From a virus, in the IMG/VR virus record IMGVR_UViG_3300027754_000055, positions 1-64,000 of that record: 64,000 bases of DNA. The stretch is one strand, 5' to 3'. How positions within the stretch are numbered: position 1 is the first letter of the stretch; each line of letters begins with the position of its first letter. The translations under genes and the position numbers were made by a program. Below are positions 1-7,877 of this stretch, one piece after another. The notes under the pieces are model-generated. The model was not told the DNA's origin. It searched no databases and saw only the letters and a list, made by a program, of their open reading frames with translations.

Positions 1-121
1 TATTGTACGTTATGCTTGGCATACAGATAAGTATGTATCTTTTTTGAAAAAACTTCAATGTATGAAATTATTGATTCGCATTCCTCCCACACCACGAGGG
101 TGTGGGTTTCCTGCTCATGCA
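1..121 (-). mobile_element. Partial IS200/IS605-family (TnpB-type) element: left end plus start of an internal ORF, running off the window
   Basis: Reverse complement of about 74-121 is TGCATGAGCAGGAAACCCACACCCTCGTGGTGTGGGAGGAATGCGAAT, a variant of the left end at 10805 and 32124. A minus-strand ORF starts at 22 (MPSITYN...). Confidence 0.8.
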
Positions 122-122
122 A

Positions 123-272
123 ATGAAAAAATTCACGTTTGAACAAGAATATTTGTATTTAGAGATTGAATATGTTTCTGGTGCGCCTCCTAAGAAAAAA
201 ATTGAAGACAGCGAAGAAGAAAACAGGGGGGGATTATCATTATCGACTGCCTTAATGGTAATGAGGAAGTAA
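123..272 (+). CDS. Small acidic hypothetical protein (possible frameshift at G7, 226-232)
   Basis: Hand translation MKKFTFEQEYLYLEIEYVSGAPPKKKIEDSEEENRGG...; below the ORF-track cutoff. Confidence 0.45.
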   Translation: MKKFTFEQEYLYLEIEYVSGAPPKKKIEDSEEENRGGLSLSTALMVMRK

Positions 273-298
273 AGCCCTAGAAAACTAATTCAAAACAT

Positions 299-328
299 TT
301 GACACAAAGCTATATCTTATAGTATGCT
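299..328 (+). promoter_or_regulatory. sigma70-type promoter for primase
   Basis: TTGACA-N18-TATGCT, ending 6 nt before ATG 335. Confidence 0.55.
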
Positions 329-334
329 GAATCT

Positions 335-1312
335 ATGCATACACAAGGTCAAGCTATAGATTTTTTAGAGAAGTGTTGGGGACCGGCAAAACTATCAAAT
401 GCTGGTTTAAATGCCAATGTTCTTTGTCCTATTTGCCACGAAAAAACGGGCGAAACTGAAAAAAAGAAATTAGCCATCAGAACCGATAATTGGCTCACCC
501 GATGTTGGGTTTGTAATTATAAATCAAAAACAATCTATGGCCTTCTAAAACGCTATAAGCCCCATCAGGCCGATGAGTTCATTAAAACGTTCAATGCTGC
601 GTCTCTGATATCGGATGCCGAAGAAGCAGCCTTTAAAGCTCAGGAACAGGCAATAGAGTTGCCCAGAGGCTTTCAACTTCTTGCGGAATACTACGATAAC
701 CCAGAGGCCCCATATTATATTCGTCAAGCAGTAAAATATCTAAAGCAAAGGGGTGTTACATATAGAGATTTTTGGTATTTTAAACTTGGCATTACCGCCT
801 TGGATTTAAATTATAAAAATAGAATTCTTATTCCATCACACGATCAAGATGGTAATCTTAATTTTTTCACTTCTAGAACACACAGACCAAGCGTAAAACC
901 AAAGTATTTTAATCCAAGATTTCATAGAGAAACGGTTATTATAAATGAAATCAATATAGATTGGTCAGAAGAATTAACGATCGTCGAAGGTCCATTTGAT
1001 TTATTTAAAGTGAATGATAATGCAACTTGTTTGCTTGGGAAAGAGTTAACAAAAGAGTATGCATTATTCCAGAAGATCGCAACAAATAAAACACCAGTTT
1101 TGCTTTGTCTTGATAGCGATGCAAAACGTGCCAGTCTTGATATAGCTAAATCGCTTTATGATTACGATGTAAATGTTCGTATTTTAATATTGCCAGAAGA
1201 AATAAAAGATCCTGGCGAAATGAAAAGAGATAGATTTATTGATCTAATCAATGATGGAAAACATGTTGTAGAGTTTGATGATCTTTATTATTTGAGAAAC
1301 TTAATGCTCTAA
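335..1312 (+). CDS. DNA primase (zinc finger + TOPRIM)
   Basis: CPICH...CWVC zinc-binding domain; YLKQRG; IVEGPFD and LCLDSD TOPRIM motifs; KDPGE. Confidence 0.9.
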   Translation: MHTQGQAIDFLEKCWGPAKLSNAGLNANVLCPICHEKTGETEKKKLAIRTDNWLTRCWVCNYKSKTIYGLLKRYKPHQADEFIKTFNAASLISDAEEAAFKAQEQAIELPRGFQLLAEYYDNPEAPYYIRQAVKYLKQRGVTYRDFWYFKLGITALDLNYKNRILIPSHDQDGNLNFFTSRTHRPSVKPKYFNPRFHRETVIINEINIDWSEELTIVEGPFDLFKVNDNATCLLGKELTKEYALFQKIATNKTPVLLCLDSDAKRASLDIAKSLYDYDVNVRILILPEEIKDPGEMKRDRFIDLINDGKHVVEFDDLYYLRNLML

Positions 1313-1337
1313 TCTAGAGTAAAACTGGAGAAACTTA

Positions 1338-4300
1338 ATGACAAAAATAGTTCAATTTAGTGATGTTCACTGGCGTGGTATTACACGTCATGAAGAATAT
1401 ACCAATGCATTTAATAACTTTTTTTCACAACTACGTGAAGATGTAAAACCAGATTATATTATTGGCACAGGAGATTTTTTTCACACAAAAACTACTGGCA
1501 TTACACCAGAAGTGATTGATAAAATTACATGGATGTTTCGTGAGTTGGCAGAAATAGCTCCATTGTATTTGATTCTTGGAAATCATGACGGCAATCTTAC
1601 AAATGAAAACCGTCAAGATACTATTTCGCCAATTATCGCAGCCATGAACAATAAAAATATTACGCTCTTCAAGCAAAGCGTAAACCATACCATCCCAAAC
1701 ACAAACATTAATCTTTGCGTTTTGTCTTGTTTTGATAAAGATGGCTGGCAATCCGTCTCGCCAAAACAAGATATGATTAATATCGCCCTATTTCATGGTT
1801 CCGTAACTGGTTGTGAAGTGGATAGTGATTGGGTTATGTCCAATGGCGAGGTAGATCGCTCAATTTTTGAAAAATATCATTTTGCTATGCTTGGAGATAT
1901 TCATAAAGTCCAATTCTTAGGACACCGACCCCATTCTGGCGTTACAAGAGATCTAAAACCCTGGATTGGATACCCAGGATCATTCATACAGCAAAATTAT
2001 GGTGAAATGAAAACAAAAGGATATCTTGTTTGGGATATTCGTTCTGCTAATGATTGGGATGTTTCTTTTAAAGATATTCCTAACGAATATTCTTTTAACA
2101 CAGTCCCATGGATGGGAAGCGTTCAGGAAACGGTAGATAGTGCAATTGATGTTTGCAATGGTAATCTTCTCAACAAAAGAATTCGCATAGCCTCAAGCGA
2201 AAAAATATTTGACGTTCAAATCAAAGAACTACATCAGAAATTAAAAAATTCTCTCAAAGCCTCAGAGGTTGTTATTAAAGCCGATGTAGCAACGAACATT
2301 AGTGAATTAGATATTGCTGGCGGCATACAAAAAATTAGCCTAAGAAATGATCCAAGCACTTTGTTTGATCTTTATGATAATTTCATTGTAAGAGACTATA
2401 AATCCACATTGTCCGAAGATCAAAAAATTAAAGCAAAGGATTATATTAAAGCTTCTTTGGAAAAAGTTCGTTCATCAGAAGAAGACTCTGTGCGGGATGT
2501 GTCTTGGACAATTAAAAAATTAGAATTTAGTAATCTTTATCGTTACGGTGAAAACAATGTAATCGATTTTGAAAAAATTCGTGGTATTACTGGTATTTTT
2601 GGAAATAATAGACTAGGTAAAAGTAGCATTGTTGGCGCACTGATGTTTGGTTTGTATAACACGACAGATCGTGGCCCTGTTAAAAGTGCGTACATTATTA
2701 ATAAAAATAAAACTGCTGGTTCTTCAAGTGTAACCATTGAGGTAAGTGGCGTAGAATATGTCATTGAACGCAAAGTGGAAAAAGCAAAAAAGCGTGGTGG
2801 TATTTTTGACGAAGAAAAAGCTGCAACTACCTTAAAACTTTCAAAGGTTAATAAAGATGGAAGCAGAGAAGAGTTAATTAACGAAAACAGTGATACACGA
2901 ACCGATACAGACAAAGTTATCCGCAAATTAATCGGAAACTCACAAGATTTTCTGCTCACTGCATTCTCTAATCAAGGAGGAATGAATAAATTTATTGATG
3001 AAGGTGCCACACAACGTAAGTCTATCCTTAATCGGTTCTTGGATCTTGATATATTCGAAAAATTAAATAAAATGGCCAGCGAAGAATTATCTGGATATAA
3101 TGCTAAAATTAAGAAATTTCAAAATGTAGACTGGGATCAAGCCGGTAAACTTCTTCAAGAAGCCGTGCAATCAAAACAAGATAATATTACAACTCTAAAA
3201 ACAGAATTAGAAGAAGTTAAAACGTCTAGAGAAAATTTGCTAATGTTTTTGCAGCAGCGAGGAATTGTCAAACTAAACAATATCCAGAAAACATTGGAAA
3301 AATCCAATCGAGCCGTAGAAGACATAGAAAGAAAAATAAGTCTTGCCGCAGCAGAAAAAATTACAGTAGAACAAAAACGTAACATATTTGAAAATAATCT
3401 AAAACAATATCAGGAGCAGATTAAACTTCTATCTGTAGATGATTTAAAAGCTAAAAAAGAGCTACTGCAAACAATTGGTAAGCAATACCATGAAACAAAA
3501 GCAAGACTTGGCGCAGAAAAACAAAAATTAGACAGCCAAGTTAAGTCAATCCGAAAACTTGATTTGGTCCCATGCGGAACATCATTCCAATCATGCCATT
3601 ATATAAAAGATAGCCATGAAGATAAAAACTTACATGAAACACAAAAAGAAGAAGTCCTTAAGCTAATAGCATCCTTCGATGGTGTTCGTGAAGAATATGA
3701 GATATTACAGAACGAGAAAATCGAAGAAGGCATACAAAAGCATAATGAGCTACAATTGACTATTCAGTCAAATTCTATTAAGCTTGAAGCCGCAATCAAG
3801 CAAATTGAGCAAATCAATGGCAACATAGAATCGCTAACTAATACATTGGATGTTTCTAAAAAAGAGCAAGATAAACTAAAAATCGAACTTGAATCATTTG
3901 GTACTAAATCATTTAATGAAAAAATTGAAGAAGAGAAAGAACTAGCCCGCAAAATATCTCAGTTAGAGGGGCAACTACAAACAATATATCAAAATATTGG
4001 AGCAGATAAAAATAAACTAGAGCACCTAAATGCCGAAGCGGCAGAGGCAAAGGAAATAATAGAAGAACAAAGGGTATATGATAGTATCGTTCAAGCTTTT
4101 TCAAAAAATGGAATCCCTGCCTTTATTCTAAAAAGCCAATTACCAGCCATTAACGCTGAGTTAAATAATATCTTGGCCGGAATTGTACCTTTTCGCATCT
4201 TCCTTGAAACAGAAGTCGGATCAAATACTCTAGATGTTTTCATTGAAGATAAGGACTCTAGGAGGGTCATAGAGCTTGCTAGTGGCATGGAGAAGATGAT

Positions 4301-4550
4301 TGCAAGCGTCGCTATTCGGGTGGCTCTAATAAGCCTCTCAAGCCTTCCTAAGCCTGACATCTTTATACAAGATGAAGGCATGGGAGTAATCGACGGCAAC
4401 AATATTTCAAAAGTAATTGAATTGCTGAATACTATCAAAAACCGCTTTAAAGCTATCTTGATTATCACTCATGTCGATGAAATAAAAGAAGCGGCAAGCA
4501 CGATACTCTCCATTCATGACAATGGCTCAGAGTCTTTTATTTCTAACTGA
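1338..4550 (+). CDS. Fused Mre11/SbcD nuclease - Rad50/SbcC ATPase (gp47-gp46-like)
   Basis: N-terminal SDVH, TGDFFH, LGNHD, FHG, LGDIH phosphoesterase motifs. Walker A GNNRLGKSS, coiled coil with central Cys pair, signature ASGME, Walker B FIQDEG, ITH. Confidence 0.92.
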   Translation: MTKIVQFSDVHWRGITRHEEYTNAFNNFFSQLREDVKPDYIIGTGDFFHTKTTGITPEVIDKITWMFRELAEIAPLYLILGNHDGNLTNENRQDTISPIIAAMNNKNITLFKQSVNHTIPNTNINLCVLSCFDKDGWQSVSPKQDMINIALFHGSVTGCEVDSDWVMSNGEVDRSIFEKYHFAMLGDIHKVQFLGHRPHSGVTRDLKPWIGYPGSFIQQNYGEMKTKGYLVWDIRSANDWDVSFKDIPNEYSFNTVPWMGSVQETVDSAIDVCNGNLLNKRIRIASSEKIFDVQIKELHQKLKNSLKASEVVIKADVATNISELDIAGGIQKISLRNDPSTLFDLYDNFIVRDYKSTLSEDQKIKAKDYIKASLEKVRSSEEDSVRDVSWTIKKLEFSNLYRYGENNVIDFEKIRGITGIFGNNRLGKSSIVGALMFGLYNTTDRGPVKSAYIINKNKTAGSSSVTIEVSGVEYVIERKVEKAKKRGGIFDEEKAATTLKLSKVNKDGSREELINENSDTRTDTDKVIRKLIGNSQDFLLTAFSNQGGMNKFIDEGATQRKSILNRFLDLDIFEKLNKMASEELSGYNAKIKKFQNVDWDQAGKLLQEAVQSKQDNITTLKTELEEVKTSRENLLMFLQQRGIVKLNNIQKTLEKSNRAVEDIERKISLAAAEKITVEQKRNIFENNLKQYQEQIKLLSVDDLKAKKELLQTIGKQYHETKARLGAEKQKLDSQVKSIRKLDLVPCGTSFQSCHYIKDSHEDKNLHETQKEEVLKLIASFDGVREEYEILQNEKIEEGIQKHNELQLTIQSNSIKLEAAIKQIEQINGNIESLTNTLDVSKKEQDKLKIELESFGTKSFNEKIEEEKELARKISQLEGQLQTIYQNIGADKNKLEHLNAEAAEAKEIIEEQRVYDSIVQAFSKNGIPAFILKSQLPAINAELNNILAGIVPFRIFLETEVGSNTLDVFIEDKDSRRVIELASGMEKMIASVAIRVALISLSSLPKPDIFIQDEGMGVIDGNNISKVIELLNTIKNRFKAILIITHVDEIKEAASTILSIHDNGSESFISN

Positions 4551-4570
4551 CCATTCTTACAAACAACTAC

Positions 4571-4599
4571 TTGACTCCTTAAAATATCAATGCTAATGT
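4571..4599 (+). promoter_or_regulatory. sigma70-type promoter with extended -10, followed by a 5' hairpin
   Basis: TTGACT-N17-TAATGT with TGn; TATGTGGC...GCCACATA hairpin just downstream. Confidence 0.6.
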
Positions 4600-4662
4600 G
4601 TGTATGTGGCCGCCAAGGTGGTAGCCACATAACTAAAACAGTTAGAAATAATAGGTATCAAA

Positions 4663-4953
4663 ATGGCTAAGACACGTACACGCAAACTATCCGAACAAGA
4701 CCGATCACTCCTTGAGAGCCTTGGCAAATTCTCAATTCGAGCTAGGCATTCTTCTTGGGATAGTGTGAATCATCACAATGATATTGAAGCCGTTGGTCTT
4801 CTACGAGAAATTAGTGGTCAAGTAACTCTTCATGAATATTCCGCTCTGTCTGATGGTTGGAGCGCATACCGACTTCATGGTGATGAAGGGCATCTGAATC
4901 ATGCAGTTGAAATTATTACGCAACGTGTTCAAGAAGGTGTAGAATCATTCTGA
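4663..4953 (+). CDS. Hypothetical early protein
   Basis: 96-aa ORF with upstream AGGT and its own promoter. Confidence 0.7.
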   Translation: MAKTRTRKLSEQDRSLLESLGKFSIRARHSSWDSVNHHNDIEAVGLLREISGQVTLHEYSALSDGWSAYRLHGDEGHLNHAVEIITQRVQEGVESF

Positions 4954-5030
4954 GATCACTATATAGATGATATGGTATAGAAGCTGGAAACAAGCCTTTA
5001 CGCTTCCGAAACAAAGGCTTCTATAACATT

Positions 5031-5102
5031 GGACCGTTAAGTTAGTTGGAAAATAAACTGGCACGCATACAGTTTTCGGCAGTTCGACTCTGCCACGGTC
5101 CA
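5031..5102 (+). ncRNA. Atypical tRNA-like element (pseudo-tRNA)
   Basis: Perfect 7-bp acceptor stem GGACCGT/ACGGTCC, T-arm GGCAG-TTCGACT-CTGCC, D-loop AGTTGG, canonical length. Weak D-stem, no U33, mismatch closing the anticodon stem, no CCA. Confidence 0.7.
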
Positions 5103-5286
5103 CGAATAATTACTGATAACAGTAATTCTGTTAAGTTAACCAAATCGATAATATCGATCGTATCATATGCGCCTAACCATTGACACCTAGCGGGTGTCAA
5201 TATTAGGTACGCTAATATGGCAAATTAAAAATTGCCAAAACAAAGACCAATAATTTAATTGGTCATAAAAAAGAAAGAAAAAAACA

Positions 5287-5760
5287 ATGACAGGACTAGA
5301 ATTAGTCACCGCTTTTATCACTCTATTTCCTCATTCCCCAGCACGAAGTTGCATCATTGAGCGACGAGAATATATCGCACAAACACTAGAAGCATCACGG
5401 GTATCATACCCAGAAATGCCAATTGAGATGATTGCAACTATCGGATTTATGGAAACGCATCTAGGATGTGATCGAGGAGAAGGTGGAAATTGGGGAGCGC
5501 CAATCTCTGCACAGCAGCGGCATGTTGCTGGTACGCCACTGCAAGCCGCAAGAGTTTTATGGCGATCTTACGAAGTTTGTCATACCTGGGAAGGTGCCGC
5601 ACGTCGGTTTCGCACTGGTCTTTGCCATGCAACAGCTACTGGAACTCCATATGCACGAAATGCGATTAGTATTTCAAATCGGATTCAAGTGGAAGTTGAA
5701 CGAAATCGTGAAAATAGCAACAGGGTTTGCAGAGCTTTGCGACCACGTGTTTGCGGATAA
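5287..5760 (+). CDS. Divergent lytic transglycosylase (SLT/lysozyme-like) protein
   Basis: MPIEMIATIGFMET resembles the catalytic-Glu helix; WEGAARRFRTG and PYARNA resemble the distal SLT motifs; hydrophobic N-terminus. Confidence 0.55.
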   Translation: MTGLELVTAFITLFPHSPARSCIIERREYIAQTLEASRVSYPEMPIEMIATIGFMETHLGCDRGEGGNWGAPISAQQRHVAGTPLQAARVLWRSYEVCHTWEGAARRFRTGLCHATATGTPYARNAISISNRIQVEVERNRENSNRVCRALRPRVCG

Positions 5761-5764
5761 TAGG

Positions 5765-6988
5765 CTATCTAATCTTAGATTCTTCTAACAAAGAGCTATA
5801 TATTTCTTTCAATATATCAGCATTATTTAATTTTTGATCGATATCATCAATGTTTTTGCTATTAGTTGCCATTGCCCTTATTTTAGGAGCAATAAAATAT
5901 CGAAGCCCTCCGGTTCCACCGGAGCCAAATCTAGCCATAAGATATGGTTTATAATTCCCTAATTCTTCGCTAGGTAATTCAGAAATGAATATTTTACCAT
6001 CTCCACCAGGAAATAATTCCCAATATTCATCTGTTAAATTATTTTTTTTCAACATGGGTACTTCATTTGAAAACATGACGAAATCATAGTTTTTTTCTCC
6101 ATAGTCATGATAAAGAAAGCTTATGAATTCTTCTTCAATTTCTTTAGTCAAAAAATCTTTATATATTTGAGGTATTTTATCAGGATATATGCTGTCCTGA
6201 TACGATTTAACTTTATTTACAAAATCCTGAAATACGTCAGATAATTTCTTGTACTGTTCAGTTTTTATATAAAACGCTAATTTTTTTATAAAACCTTTAT
6301 ATCTTTCTGCTATACTTTTGCCTTCTTGATGTTTGTAAGAAAACGAACCAATTTCTTTGCCTTTATTATCAATTATTAAAAAGTCAGCCCCACCCTGTAC
6401 AAGATCATGTTTTTTTATTTGCGTTACGTTATAAAAAATTTTAAATTTTTCTTTTTCTACACTTGATCTAACGAGTATATTAATTGGTTTTTCAAATTTA
6501 CCTATTTCGGTATTTAAGCTTTTAAGAAAAAGTATTTCTTTCCTCGTTACATCACTTTCATCCACTACCAACCAATCAACTTTTTTGCCTATATCAAATT
6601 TTTTATCGTTTAATGGAATTATTCGTTTGGACTCGTCTTGATTAGCACCTAAGAATTTTGATAATATTTTTTGTTTATCTGCCAAGTCTTCATCATTAAT
6701 TTCTTTTAGTGTGTTTAAATTATAAGGCTCTTTTAAAACATGAATATTGAAATTTTGCGTGACCCTATTAACTTCTGCGAATATTTTTTCTGGAACGATT
6801 GCAATAAGCTTCTTGTTAGAAATTATTTCTTTCGCTTCCGTTTCTGATAAAGTATCATTGTTTTCCAATAGCCTATTGATGATATACTTTGGAACTCTGG
6901 TTGGGCTTACTCCATAAACTATTCTATAATCTCTAATTGTTGCCATATGATATCTAATTATCATGGCATATTCTTTGTTGTCTATCAA
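5765..6988 (-). CDS. Hypothetical protein, possible PD-(D/E)xK nuclease-like fold
   Basis: 407 aa; ADFLII...SFSYKH resembles a D...SxK restriction-like core; C-terminal ILKEIYSSLLEES tag. Confidence 0.45.
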   Translation of the reverse strand: MIDNKEYAMIIRYHMATIRDYRIVYGVSPTRVPKYIINRLLENNDTLSETEAKEIISNKKLIAIVPEKIFAEVNRVTQNFNIHVLKEPYNLNTLKEINDEDLADKQKILSKFLGANQDESKRIIPLNDKKFDIGKKVDWLVVDESDVTRKEILFLKSLNTEIGKFEKPINILVRSSVEKEKFKIFYNVTQIKKHDLVQGGADFLIIDNKGKEIGSFSYKHQEGKSIAERYKGFIKKLAFYIKTEQYKKLSDVFQDFVNKVKSYQDSIYPDKIPQIYKDFLTKEIEEEFISFLYHDYGEKNYDFVMFSNEVPMLKKNNLTDEYWELFPGGDGKIFISELPSEELGNYKPYLMARFGSGGTGGLRYFIAPKIRAMATNSKNIDDIDQKLNNADILKEIYSSLLEESKIR

Positions 6989-7067
6989 ATTTTACAAATA
7001 CAATCAATATTCATAGCAACTGACGTTATTTCAAACATTAATGGCGATATGTTAAATATTAAAGCAT

Positions 7068-7364
7068 ATGCAACAAAATATTATTGATAACGATAAGAAT
7101 ATAAAAATTCTTCATGGCGGCAAAGTTGTGGTTATATCTCCGCTGAATAACGATAAAATCATCATTCCATTCTTTTGCCCTACATGCGAATATCCAATGA
7201 AGCAAGCAGAAGATGCTGAAAGTTACAGAAACCATACTTGCTGCCATATGTGCGAACTAAATTGGGCCAGTAGCAACGAAACACCAGACAAAAGCAGCGA
7301 ACGATGGAAATTATATATGGAAAGAAGACACTTAGTATTTTTGCCCCAAATAAACTTTAAATGA
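7068..7364 (+). CDS. Zinc-finger protein
   Basis: CPTC...CCHMC. Confidence 0.7.
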   Translation: MQQNIIDNDKNIKILHGGKVVVISPLNNDKIIIPFFCPTCEYPMKQAEDAESYRNHTCCHMCELNWASSNETPDKSSERWKLYMERRHLVFLPQINFK

Positions 7365-7399
7365 ATTCAATACTTATCCAGCAAAAGGATTAAATTATT

Positions 7400-7849
7400 A
7401 TGCCTATTCAACAACGTGCTCGCTATAGAATTCTTTCAGGTCTGCTTGATACAAGTTTCGGTAAATCTTCTGAAAAAGCTTACCCAAACCATTTTGTCAA
7501 AATGACCATGCCGCTTGAAAATACTATTCAAATAAAAGCTCAAATAATTGTTCGCCTCGGTGGTACAAACATGTATCACGAAATGAGACGCAAATATAGA
7601 GAAGAAATGCTGGAAATAATCAAACAAAGACTTGAAAGAATTGCCGATGAATATAAACGTGCAATTGATACAAAATCAAACCTACTTGAACCAAAAGTAG
7701 AAAAACATGAAGAACCAGCACCAAAAACAGTAAAACTAAGCCTAGATTCTTCCACAATCCAAGAAGGCATTGAACATATTGGCATGTCAGCATATAACAC
7801 AGAGAAAACCTGCATTTTCAGATTGGAATGCTTGGCCAATATAAGCTGA
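7400..7849 (+). CDS. Hypothetical protein upstream of terminase
   Basis: 149-aa ORF with TACTTA (7371-7376) and AAGGA upstream. Confidence 0.7.
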   Translation: MPIQQRARYRILSGLLDTSFGKSSEKAYPNHFVKMTMPLENTIQIKAQIIVRLGGTNMYHEMRRKYREEMLEIIKQRLERIADEYKRAIDTKSNLLEPKVEKHEEPAPKTVKLSLDSSTIQEGIEHIGMSAYNTEKTCIFRLECLANIS

Positions 7850-7877
7850 GTTTTGAATAATTAAATTATCGAAAAAT

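Noticed and set aside
5031-5102. Functional tRNA-Ala(CGC), tmRNA or c-di-GMP riboswitch
   Set aside because: Lacks U33 and G3:U70; no tag reading frame between the acceptor halves; riboswitch consensus not convincingly matched.
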